A stretch of 64,000 nt of DNA from Eledone cirrhosa (taxonomy: Eukaryota), in assembly GCA_964016885.1 (NCBI GenBank), contig OZ024741.1, forward strand, positions 149,482,001 through 149,546,000, given 5' to 3'. Position numbers and translations under genes: made by a program. Below, in pieces: positions 12,831-24,498 of this stretch. The notes beneath the pieces are model-generated. The model ran no database searches. It saw only the letters and a list, made by a program, of their open reading frames with translations, and was not told where the DNA came from. Within the stretch, counting starts at the first letter, position 1. Each line of letters starts with the position of its first letter.

Positions 12831-13676
12831 AGCAAGCAAACATCGTAAAACGAAAGGATAAATGTACTTTGTATTATGAAAGAAGGAGCCCACAATATGT
12901 AAACACAGAGGTAAATGTATATATTTAATTCATGGCATTAATCAAATACTGGAGCCAAGCTATTCTTTAGTTTCTGCAAACATAGTTTAAACTGTTGTAA
13001 ACATCCGTAATATTGAAGTGTAAACAAGATCAGTTGAACTGGAGTAAGGGAACTAAGTCTCTGTGATTAGAGGAAGGGTTATTTTCCTTGGGTATATCTA
13101 TCTTATCTATGAAATATATCTATCTATTTATCTCACTCTCTCTCCGTCTGTTTCTCTCTCTCTCATATATATATATATACGCATTTATTCTATATATACT
13201 AGATTACCTCAATCTTTTACTTGTTTTCAGTTATGTTCTAATTACTGTCTCTTCTAAAGTACATACATATTCAAGGGAAGTAACCCTTTCGTTTGATCAC
13301 ACAGATTTATCTCCCTTTTATACAGTCGATACAGTAAGTCATTATATAAATACAATTTACTGTGCATATAATATCCAAAGATAATATTTAGTTAAGTGAA
13401 AATATATTTGAAGGATGATTTTATCGGTATCTGCATTCTGGAAAGATCTTTGGAATTAGTTAATCAAAATGCAAGTATGTTTTGTGCTTGTACCTGGGGT
13501 GAAATAACAGGGCAGTTTTGCATTTAAAAAATAACTAATAACTAAACAGTAACGTATTGTAAGAGCCATGAAGCAGTAGTTACCCAACCGGAAACTTCTA
13601 CTCAAAGACATTATTGTTCACAAATTGTGATAGAAAAGTAAATATACATATACAAATAAATAAGTGATCAACTTAC

Positions 13677-13766
13677 AAATGAGCTGTCCAATTGGATGGT
13701 AACATTCTGGGGTTCAACTGTGTATTTGGGGAGAGCTGGTCGAATGCAGTAGGAATGGTTGTGGCT
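13677..13766 (-). CDS. GALC: GALC exon, 90 bp, SHNHSYCIRPALPKYTVEPQNVTIQLDSSF
   Basis: ttacag / gtaagt; CIRP motif. Confidence 0.95.
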
Positions 13767-14709
13767 CTGTAATAGAACAAATATGGTCAGTGGTGGTGGT
13801 TCAAAATAAAAAAATTTACCATCTTAGTTTTTCCCTTCTTATCACATCCTTAACCACCACTGCCACCTCCTTTAACGAATATCCCTACCGATAATACCAC
13901 CACTTTAACAACAACTGCAGTTCTCAGCCTATCGCATGTGGGAGGGGTATGTGTGTGTGTGTAAGTGATTGTATGTCAGTAAATAGCATCTCTCTCACTG
14001 TTACCACTTTCCCGTAACATAAGTACATAAACATTTATATTAGAGATAATATTAGTTGTTAATTAATAATAATTTTCTTTACCTCATAATTATTTTAAAC
14101 TTGTTTTTAATGGTTTCTATATTTTATAAGCTAACACAAACTTATCTATCTATCTGACTCACCATATAATTACTTCCAATTAGCTTCTAAATGGTCCATA
14201 CATTAACCCATTTGATACCAAACCACCTGAAACCATTCTTGGTTCGATACAAAACTGTTTATTTTAAAGTGTTTATATTTAACTAAAAATCTTCCAATAT
14301 AATTTTATGTAAGAAGCTTTGTTATGTTATATTCCAAACACCAACTAAATAGCAAGAAAATTAGTTATATTAGTAAATTCTTCCAAAGTCTTGATTATTT
14401 TCAAAGTTAGTTGAAAATTATAAGCAGAGTCTTCCTTTAGAAATATGATAATGAAAGGGTTAAGTATGTTAATACTAACTTTATCTATTTATCTACATAT
14501 CTTTCTATATGTCTCAACACATTAATTATTTCTAGTTAACTTCTTAATGGTCCATGTCTTAAATATGTTAACACTAACTGAACTATCTATCTACATATGC
14601 TTCGATCAGTTTCACCATATAATTACTTCTAATTAACTTCTCAATGTTCCATGTATTAAATATGTCAACCCTAACCAAACTATAAAAGCTTAAAGGAATC
14701 AGTTCTTAC

Positions 14710-14849
14710 CATTGTCTCAATGATAATTGTCAAATCATGACCACTAGGACTCAACAAAGACACATAACTACCACCTTTCTTGAATTTACCAACACCACTG
14801 TCATGTTTTAAATACTTCCATCCAATACTAGTGAAATGTGTTGTGTGTG
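14710..14849 (-). CDS. GALC: GALC exon, 140 bp, (A)[20 protein letters not shown]...GGSYVSLL...LTIIIETM
   Basis: ttgtag / gtaaga. Confidence 0.96.
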
Positions 14850-15384
14850 CTACAATAAAGAAAATAAAAGGACATTGTTGTTAGTGAAATTGTTACTATT
14901 GTTTAACTCCAAGTTGGCATAGGTCAAGCTGTAAAGCTATGAATAAAGGTGTTCCAGTTATGACCATCTCTTCGTTTTTTTTATTTTTTGTTTTTTACCT
15001 AACCCTAATAACTAGAATCTGTAGAAGAGTTAAAGGTGAAATTCCAGACATGGAAGCAAAAACTATGAGTTGACAGGCTTAAAAGTAAACTTAAAAATTG
15101 AAGTTTTAATAAGTAGGAAAGAAGACGGGACTCTGATAGCATTAGGGAAATAACCTAGCTCAATATGTCCAAGAGGGATGGGTAGAAATTTCATAAGGTG
15201 CACACATTGTAATTTATGATCACACAAGATGTAGTGGAAACTTTGTGGGACAGAAGCACAGGAGAAATAAGCAATAAGAGTACACATGAAACAGGTTCCC
15301 TCAATTACCAATACTGACCATCAGTGACCAGCGCTGACTAAAAGTGACCAACAATGAACAACAATGACTAAGAGAAATATTTAC

Positions 15385-15509
15385 CAGTAATCCAAATTGG
15401 TGAGTTAACTTCATAATGACCACACCATGGTTGATATGCAGTCATCAGTCCACACCGGTTGAATGGTAAGGTGGAGTAATAACTGGCAATAAGATTCCAG
15501 GATATTGTA
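15385..15509 (-). CDS. GALC: GALC exon, 125 bp, [41 protein letters not shown]
   Basis: tttcag / gtaaat. Confidence 0.96.
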
Positions 15510-15574
15510 CTGAAATAGAAGCACTGGCATTATTGGTGGTGGTGAGGATGTTGATAATGAGAATAACAATTACA

Positions 15575-16078
15575 ATAATAATTGTTTCTACTTTTGGCAC
15601 AAGGCCAGCAATTATCCCAGTGCATCACTGGTACTTTATTACAATGATAATAATGATAATAATTGTTTCTACTTTAGGCACAAGGCCAGCAATTTTGGTG
15701 GAGGAGAAAGTCGATTAAATCGACCCCAGTACATTATTGGTACTTAATCTTATCGACCCCGTAAGGATGAAAGGCAAAGCTGACCGCGGCGGAATTTGAA
15801 CTCAGAACGTAAAGGGTCATAACTCTATGTCACTAAACGTTGTCCGACGCTACTGATTCTGCCAATCCACCACCCTAATAATAATAATAATTGTTTCTAC
15901 TTTTGGCACAAGGCCAGCAATTACCCAGTACATTACTGGTACTTTATTTTACCGACCCCGTAAGGATGAAAAGCAAAGTTAACCTCAGCGGGATTTGAAC
16001 TCAGATCATAAAGAGACGTAACTCTATGCTTCAAAGCATGGCGTCCGACTCTCTACCGATACTGCCAATCCACCGCCC

Positions 16079-16118
<40 letters not shown>
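15575..16118 (-). mobile_element. Head-to-tail SINE cluster with (AAT)n tails
   Basis: Four repeats of ATTGTTTCTACTTTNGGCACAAGGCCAGCAATT; two copies carry a B-box and head. Confidence 0.85.
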
Positions 16119-16519
16119 TGTCTAACAAATACACAATTTTGGAAGAAGAGAAAGGGGAGAGGTATAGTAGCTGATTATATGTTTGTTATTGTTGTAGGAA
16201 CATTGAACAATATAGGATTAGATATACAAAAGGGTGGGATAATGAGGTGGGATTGAATCCAGAGCCATGTGACTGAGAGGTGAACTTCCTAACCCCACAG
16301 CCAAGCCTGCAAGTATATTTGTGACCAGAACTAACAATGATAAAAAAAACACAGTGTTTCAGGTTTTGTAGAGTTTCTGTAGTAAGATTGAGTAATATGG
16401 AAGCAACAAAAAAGGTTGTAAAACATTGCTTCAAAAAAGACCTCATGTTATGGGTCCCGCAAAGTTAACCCTCATGTTAACAGGGGAAATGGTCTTAAAA
16501 TGCTTGTTGTGGTGGTATT

Positions 16520-18440
16520 TACATCATCATAATTTTTACATCCATTTTTCCACGGGTTGTACAGGTCCTTCTCAGTACGGCATCTCTCCACTCATCGCAT
16601 TCCTTTGTCATCTCCTCTGTGAGTCTCAGCAATTTGAGGTCAGCTCACACAACCTCTACCTAGGTCTTTCTTGGTCTACCGCTACTGTGACTTCTTTCCA
16701 CCAGGATTTTTCACCCAGCCAATCACTGTTCAGGCACATCACAAGTAATACCAATGGTGTCTTCTCTCCTGCACACTACCTCAGATTCCTCTAAAACCCT
16801 GCTTCTCCCTCAACTTGTCCAAGTGCTGTCTGTCTCTCATACTTACATTGCACATCCAATGAAGCATGGTTGCTTCATTTCTCTCCAGTCTACACATGTC
16901 TTCTGCAGTCACAACCCATGTTTCGCTACCATGCAGAATCACACTTCACACACAGGCATCATACAGTCGTCCTTTTCTACGTAGAGAGAAACCTTTTCCA
17001 TCCTATCCTTATTCTAGCTACTATGCTATTAGAGCACACTCCTCTATTGCTAATTAAGTCACAGAAGCAGTCAAGCAGCTCTATTGGCCCTTCATATAAC
17101 TGAAAAAGGTTTACATCACTGGTGCTCTTCCCCTCAATTACCCCTGTGCATCTTCTACATACAAAGTCTTTCCTTCCTGTTAGTCTGCTTCTTATCCCAC
17201 TACATACATCACTTGTGTACCTAAGATTAACATTGTGTACATTGTATGGAGTTTATACCTACTCTTTTTCTACAAATTGAGCAAGGGCCAGTTTTCTGAA
17301 GGAATCTGAGACCGATCTTCTTTCCTACTCACTAGCATTTTAGTTTGGCTAAGTTTACTCTCAGACCTTTGATTCCAAATTTTGTTTCCATAGTCAGAAC
17401 TTATTTTCTAGTTCTTTAATGGATTCAGTTATAAGGACCAGATCATTTGCATAGAGAAGTTCCCATAGACAACCAGTCTTAAACTCCTCTGTTATAGCCT
17501 GGAAGACTATAATGAATAATAGTGGCCTAAGAACTGAATCCTGATAAACTCTTACCTGCACCTTGAATTCCTCACAAAACTCCATTCCTACTCTCACTTT
17601 ACTGAGATGCTCTGTACATGCTTTGACTCTCTCTCTCACCAGCCATTCTTCTACACCTAATTTCCTTAAGGACCACCGCCTTTTCTAGATCAACAAAAGC
17701 TAGGTATAGAAGCTTATTTTTGGCTAAGAACTTCTCTTGTAGTTGCCTCACTAAAAAGAGGGCATCTATAGTACTTTTCCCAGGCATGAAACCAAATTGT
17801 ATCTCATCTAATTTTACTCTTTCTCTAATTAGTTACGCTGTAACTCTTTTCATCACTTTCATAACTTGGTTCATTAGTTTCATTCCTCTAGGGCAATTTA
17901 CAATTGTACTGTTGCGCCAGTCATTGGGTATGACACCATCCTGTATTATCTGATTTACTATACAGGTTACTAGTTCAACTACTTCTCTCGATGCTTTTAG
18001 CATTTCAGCAACTATCTCTGATGGTCCCACAGCTTTACCCTTTTTCATCTCTTTGATTGCTTCTTTAATCCTATAACTGTCAACTTCAATAGCTGGACCT
18101 TCCGTTGGGTGGGTTGGGGTTAGAGTAATCAATTTGGCTTTTGTGTTTGCCTGATTGATATGAGATCAGGTGGCCGGCTGGCTGGCTGGCTGAAATTTGT
18201 GTTGTAAATGGTTAGTTCATTAATGTCACACAATCCCAGGAGCCTCGATCCTTCTTCATTTCTTGAGTCATAACCATAGCCACTGTGAACTCCACTGAAC
18301 CTGTCCTGGTACTGCCTCACATGTCCATTGAAGTCTCCTGCCAGGATTATTAGATCCCTTTCACCAGTACCTGAAGTTGTCTGTAAAAGTCCTTCGTAGA
18401 ACCTGTCATTTTTTTCTTTATTCAGTCATGGGGCAGAGGT
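16520..18440 (-). mobile_element. Degenerate RTE LINE (APE remnant + RT, internal deletions)
   Basis: AGDFNGHV and GYGYDSRNEEG (APE); KAVGPSEI, YLAFVDLEKA, WELLYANDL (RT); many stops and frameshifts. Confidence 0.9.
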
Positions 18441-18761
18441 AGATGTAATTGTCACACTCAGTCCTGTCTGTAGAGCTTAGGTAGATGTAATAAAATATAA
18501 TATACCCAATACACACTAGTGTTGATGCCATGATAAAATGCATCCACTATAAAGTGGTTGGTGCTGGGAAGGACATCCAGCAGTAGAAAATTTACCAAAA
18601 GGCTGAGAAGTCCCTCTGATTGTATCAAGTACACAGCAGCCTCCCTAATACTGATTCCACAGTAAAATGCACCCATTTCACTCTGCAGAGTTCTGGAAAA
18701 TATGTAAGTGAAATGCTGTCCCTTGACCTATCCCAGAGAACAGTAGCTTCAATTCTCTTAA

Positions 18762-20270
18762 TCATCATCATCATCATCATCATCGTTTAACGTCCATGTT
18801 CCACGCTTGCATGGGTTTGGACGGGAGTTTTCCCACTTGAGGCAAGAATGGATGTCTTGCTCGCATAGGACTGTCTGGCGGGTTTTCTACAGCTGGATGC
18901 CCTTCCTAACACCAACCACATTTACAGTGTGGGGCTGGGAGGTTTTTACCGTGTTGCCTACACGGCCACATTACAGCGTGGACTGTCTGGCGGGTTTTCT
19001 ACAGCTGGATGCCCTTCCTAACACCAACCACATTTACAGTGTGGGGCTGGGAGGTTTTTACCGTGTTGCCTACACGGCCACATTACAGCGTGGACTGTCT
19101 GGCGGGTTTTCTACAGCTGGATGCCCTTCCTAACACCAACCACATTTACAGTGTGGGACTGGGAGGTTTTTACCGTGTTGCCTACACGGCCACATTACAG
19201 CGTGAACTGTGTGTTTTTTTTGTCATGACACCTACACGATCTCATTTGTTTCGGCCTCTGGATGTTGTGGCACCATCATAACTTTACATTGAAAGGGGCG
19301 GTGTGGAGGGGGGGGGGGGTTAGAGATGCCTACTGGCTGTAGTAAGTTTTACTTTGTATTTCAGGTAAGGCGGGTCTTCTCTATTACTGAGTACCGCCAA
19401 AGATCTCGGTCCAGTGACATTGTCTTGGAGAGGTGTGTGTGAGGTCGGAATTTATCAGGTCGTCCCAGGTTTTTCTGGATCTGCCTACTCCGTGGCTACC
19501 GTCTATCTTTATTGCCCTGCACTTTTTTATACAGCTGTCGTCTTTCATGCGCATCCCGTGACCATACCAACGTAGCCTTCTCTCGACTAAACAACATCTA
19601 ATCCCTCTTATTTCTAATTTTTCCCTTAGTTTATGCTTTGCCGTTCGCGTATATTACTATTACACATCCAGCGGAGCATGCAAGCTTCGTTCCTCTCTAG
19701 TCTGCGTATATCCTCTGCACACAATGCCCAGGTCTCACTGCCATGCAACATTGCTGTTCGTATGCAGGCATCATACAGCCTGCCTTTCATTTTTAGGGAG
19801 AACCCTTTAGCGGCTAATAGTGGTATAAGCTCTCTGAACTTTTTCCATCCAGTTCTGACTCTAGCTACTGTACTTTCAGAGCACCCTCCCCCACTGCTGA
19901 TTTTGTCACCCAGGTAACGGAAGCTGTCCACTATTTCTATAGAACCCTCTGCGCAATTGAAAGAGCTAGTATTTTGTGGGCACTTGCTGCTACTTATTGC
20001 ACCAGAGCACCGGCCACATGTAAAATATATGTTCTTAGTTAGCTTACCTGTGATCCACTACATCTTTTATGCACCCATACTTTGCATTTGGGACATAAAA
20101 TGGAGTTTCTACCTACGCCTTTCCTACACACTGAGCATGGCCATTTCCCGGAAGGGACCGGCGCCTTATTTTCTTTCCTACAAACTAGAACTTTAGTCTT
20201 AGCCAGGTTAATTTTAAGGCCTTTTGATTCTAGGCCGTGCTTCCATGTTTGGAATTTCTTCTCTTGTTGT
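18762..20270 (-). mobile_element. 5'-truncated RTE LINE with triplicated 3' UTR
   Basis: RT C-terminus (FRYLGD, MLHGSETW), PHD-like finger, (GAT)n tail. Confidence 0.9.
18868..19203 (+). repeat. 3 x 112-bp tandem repeat
   Basis: GGACTGTCTGGCGGG starts at 18868, 18980 and 19092. Confidence 0.95.
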
Positions 20271-20520
20271 GTACATTCTTGAAAAGTACAAAACATTAAG
20301 AATTAAAGGTTTTAGTTTACTGCAAATTTTCACAGCATTCTGTTCCCTAATAAAAATGTTATAAACATTTGAATAAACAAACCTGTTTTTAGATACATAT
20401 TTTCTGCTAAATAATTACATGTTAAGAGTTAAATACTGGTCTTGTGTGTAATGACCTGTCTATTCCATGCAATGATGATGATGATAATGAAGATAACAAT
20501 GGTGGTGGTGATGACGATGA

Positions 20521-20599
20521 CTCACCTAGACAAGTATCATACATAACATATCTGAAACTCACCTAGACAAGTATCATACATAACATATCTGAAACTCAC
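20521..20599 (-). repeat. 2 x 37-bp tandem duplication containing the GALC splice donor
   Basis: CTCACCTAGACAAGTATCATACATAACATATCTGAAA twice, then CTCAC of the true donor. Confidence 0.95.
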
Positions 20600-20637
20600 C
20601 TGGACATGTAACCATTCACATAATTTTGATTGAGTAT
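20600..20637 (-). CDS. GALC: GALC exon, 38 bp, ILNQNYVNGYMS
   Basis: tttcag / gtgagt; resembles human ILNQNYINGYMTS. Confidence 0.93.
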
Positions 20638-20911
20638 CTGAAATAGAAAATCCAAGAATAGAAAAAAAAATAGCTTAACCCTTTCATACTTCCACACACC
20701 TTTACTGGTTTCAGCCATCGTTGTGACCATGCTGGAGCACTGTTATGAACAAAACAGGTATCATATTTCTAATAAGAATAAAACTATCTATATGTTGTAA
20801 TTAGCATAATTATCTTTCTCGATGTGGTCACACGCCACGCTAGAAATATCAGCCAAAATCACTCTTAAATCACACCCTACTATGTAATAAAAGAAAAAAA
20901 GGAACCCCACA

Positions 20912-21080
20912 TTACAAAATGTTATTTCAGTCAATACAAAATGCTATTTCTGTCAATACAAATTATTTCTGTCAATACAAATTGTTATTTCAGTCAATAC
21001 AAATTGTTATTTCAATCAATACAAATTGTTATTTCAATCAATAAAAATTGTTATTTCAATCAATACAAATTGTTATTTCA
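20912..21080 (+). repeat. About 22-bp minisatellite CAATACAAATTGTTATTTCAAT, 7-8 copies
   Basis: Directly visible tandem copies. Confidence 0.9.
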
Positions 21081-21111
21081 GGTAATACACTAAATACAGT
21101 CATCAACTCAC

Positions 21112-21229
21112 CCTGGCCCAACATCCAGCACCAACATTATCGTTGAAAGTACTGTAGTCCTCTGATGACCACAAAGGCCGACCTGTCTGCATGGCTTTGT
21201 CAGAACTGACTGTACCAGGGTAATGAACA
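21112..21229 (-). CDS. GALC: GALC exon, 118 bp, VHYPGTVSS...LWSSEDYSTFNDNVGAGCWAR (nucleophile Glu)
   Basis: ttgcag / gtgagt; HYPG and LWSSED motifs. Confidence 0.96.
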
Positions 21230-21384
21230 CTGCAAAGACAAATGAAAGATATTATTGAGGGGTCTTCATTCCATGCTGGGCTCCTCATCATTACTGACTT
21301 TCAGCATTTTCTTTAATCTTGTTTCTAATCTTTCTTTCTTTTCTTTGTTTACATTGTGCGTGTGTTTATATATATATATATATA

Positions 21385-21512
21385 TAGGAAAAGCTTCAGG
21401 GCCCCCACGGCAGAGCTCAAGCCGTTTCGACGGCTATTTCTGGACCAAGTGGGCCAGAAATAGCCGTCGAAACGGCTTGAGCTCTGCTGTCGGGGTCCTG
21501 AACCTTTTCCTA
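21385..21512. repeat. Near-perfect long hairpin (about 59-bp arms)
   Basis: TAGGAAAAGCTTCAGG..TTTCTGG / CCAGAAA..CCTGAACCTTTTCCTA, flanked by (TA)n. Confidence 0.93.
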
Positions 21513-21611
21513 TTACCCACTCTACTACCCAAAGTATCAAGTACTCTGGTGTTTTATAGTCCACCTGGTTCCTTACCACACTTCCTTTGTTATATATATA
21601 TATATATATAT

Positions 21612-22380
21612 ATTAGGGTGTTTCATTTTGCAAACTATTTGCCAATCATGTCATATTGATTACACCCGTATTTAAATTGATGAAATAACAAAGTACATCA
21701 AATTAAAGGTCAATTAAATAATATTTAGAGGTTGCACACTTTCACATCTTCTTATTTACAAAGATCTTTTTATCTAGCCTGTAGTATATTGCCCTTTCTG
21801 TTCACTTTACTGAATCCAATATCGAAAACACACGACAGAACAAAATGAAATGAAAATAAACAAGAGGAATATGTTATAAATATACAATAATATTGGGGTT
21901 AAATAGAGATACATTTTTCTGAATGAAATTTATAACTGGAAACAGCCCCTTTGTCCTCTGGGACATTTGTTTCCTTTGCTTCATAACAATTTTTAAGAGT
22001 AACTATTTCTGATTTTCCTCCATCGTAGAATCATGAAACCTCTTTATGAGATAAATACCTTGCTCTGCAGTGTTAATCACAACTTTCAGAACATCAACTG
22101 ATACTTTGATAACAAAGTCAAGTTCTTTGTTGCCAAAAGCCATTCCTTTCCCTTCAACCTTTTTCATCCCCTTCTTTTTTCTTATTTGGTTAGATTTTAG
22201 AACATTTTTTTCTTCTCATCCAGTCCAAGTCTTTTGTCAAAGAAAGACAACACTACTAACTCTTCTGACAAGTGCTACAGGTAATGCCGAAGAACCGTCT
22301 CTGCCACAATTCATTGTGCCCTGAATCCATTTCACATAAAAGGTACACAGATGAAAATACAAGAAGATAAGGACATATTT
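21612..22380 (-). mobile_element. Decayed DDE DNA-transposon remnant (superfamily not assigned)
   Basis: L*HLSEELVVLSFFDKRL and LKVVINTAEQGI resemble the HLWYLSEEL and VVNDxAERG motifs recalled from invertebrate transposases. Confidence 0.55.
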
Positions 22381-22714
22381 AAGAGTTACACAGTTTGGTG
22401 CTTTTTGAATACTATGCCCAAAAAATGAAAAAAATTACTTCAACATTTCCTGATTGCAGCCAGGTACCTCTACACCATTACCACCACCACCAGCACTACC
22501 ATTATAATACTGTCACCACCTCTAGGATTATAACACCACCATCAGCACTACCATTATAACACAACCACTGCCAATACCATTATTATTCTACCACCTACAC
22601 CACTATCACAATCACATACAACACCACCTCCATATATATATATAACAAAGGAAGTGTGGTAAGAAACCAGATGGACCATAACACACCAGAGTACTCAATA
22701 CTTAGGGTAGTATA

Positions 22715-23017
22715 TATATACAATATGCCCCCACCCCCTCCCACTGCAAAGTGGTCGTGGAGGTGCCACGGCAAAAAGGCACCCAGCCCACTGTAAAGTG
22801 GACGTGTAGGCGCCACGGAAAAAAGCACCCAGCACTCACTGAAAATGGGGTTCGTGTTAGGAAGGGCATCCAGCTGTAGAAATCAAGCCAGAATCAGTTC
22901 CAGTATGAGCAAGACAAGGTCAGCCGACCGGACACTACCCACAACAGGACAACCCATCTCACCCATGCTAGCGTGGAAGAACGGACGTAAAACGATGATG
23001 ATGATGATGATGATGAT
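22715..23017 (+). mobile_element. RTE 3' UTR fragment ending in (GAT)n
   Basis: Reverse complement of 38940-39230. Confidence 0.85.
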
Positions 23018-23130
23018 GTGGCTGAGTGGTTAGAGAATTGGATTCGCAATCGTGAGGTTGTGAGTTCGATTCCGAGACTGGGCGATGCGTTATGTCCTTG
23101 AGCAAGACACTTTAATTCACGTTGCTCCTT
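23015..23130 (+). mobile_element. tRNA-derived CORE-type SINE head
   Basis: A box TGGCTGAGTGG, B box GAGTTCGATTCC, then TGTCCTTGAGCAAGACACTT. Confidence 0.7.
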
Positions 23131-23322
23131 CTACCTGGAGTTGCGACCGATAGTTAGTATTAGCAATTGGAAAGACCAATGGAAGATTGTTTCCTTGGTC
23201 CGATTTGACAAAAGTCGGTCAAAAAAAAAAAGATATATATATATATATACATAGAGAGAGAGGGAGAAAATAACCTTTATATAAATGTGTGTGTATACAG
23301 CAGTGTAAAAAGTATTGTATAC

Positions 23323-23450
23323 CCAATAAAAGAAACTGCAGCCTTTAATTCAGCATCCTTCAACATTGCATCTGCAATAGACCATCCACCATCTGCTGCA
23401 ACAATTTGTACATTTGATAATCCATTGGTGTTTAGAACTTTCCGGAGAAT
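23323..23450 (-). CDS. GALC: GALC exon, 128 bp, ILRKVLNTNGLSNVQIVAADGGWSIADAMLKDAELKAAVSFIG
   Basis: aatag / gtatac; resembles human ILRKMLN..VKIIASD..MLLDAEL. Confidence 0.93.
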
Positions 23451-24067
23451 CTATTCAATTAAAAAGCAGACAATAGTTTAGTATTTCTTCATAGTTAACA
23501 TTGGTATTTGGTAATATAACTAACAGTCTCATTATTAAGCTGGTGTTTAAGGGCAATGAATTGACAGTGTTGATAGAGCTTTGGACAAAATGCTTTGTAG
23601 TATTTAGTTATGGCTCCTTAGATTCTGAATTCAAATCTCGTCATGCTCAACTTTACTTTTCATCCTCCTGGGGTTGATAAAATAAAGTACCAGCAAAATA
23701 CTGGGGACAATAAAATCGACTTTCCCCATCCTACAAAATTCTAACCTTGTGCTTCAATTAGAAATTGTTATTAAGCTGGTGTCTGGAACATAACATAAAG
23801 TTTCTTGTATAAAATTATGATGGAAGTTTTTTAGATAAATATTTAAACTTTAAACTATACAGCTTCGTATCATGGAACCAGGAGTAATTTTAAAAGATTT
23901 AGCAACAAAAGGGTTAAAGCATGTGGCTAAAATGTTGTAAATAAGGGGTATAGTCAATGAAATTAGACCCTCAAAAAGGAGGCAAAAGGGGCAACAGTGC
24001 TCTGGCTGGGGTTTAGATGAGAAGGGTAGACACAAGTGTAAGTTCTATTATTTCAAACTGTCCGTTA

Positions 24068-24498
24068 GGGCGGTGGATTGCAGCATCCGTAGGGAGTCGG
24101 ACACCATGCTTTGCAGCATAGAGTTACGGTCCTTTGTGGTCTGAGTTCAAATCCTGCCGAGGTTAACTTTGCCTTTCCTCCTTACGGGGTCGATAAAATA
24201 AAGCACCAGTAACGTACTGGGGTCGATTTAATACGCTTTCCCCTCCTCCCAAATTGCTGGCCTTGTGCCTATACTAGAAATCATTATTTCAAACTGTCGG
24301 TGAATTGGTCAAAGGGCGGTGAATTGGCAGTATCGGTAGAGGGTTGGACGCCATGCTTTCTAGCATAGTTACATCTCATTACGGTCTGAGTTCAAATCAC
24401 GTCGAGGTTAACTTTGTCTTTCATCCTTATGGGGTCGATAAAATAAAGTACCAGTAATGTACTGGGTAATTGCTGGCCTTGTGCCAAAAGTAGAAACA
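24068..24498 (+). mobile_element. Two tandem SINEs
   Basis: GGGCGGTG heads at about 24068 and 24314; GAGTTCAAATC B-boxes; Nin/Deu-like core. Confidence 0.9.

Noticed and set aside
23015-23090. tRNA gene
   Set aside because: A and B boxes run into a CORE-SINE sequence and there is no proper acceptor stem.
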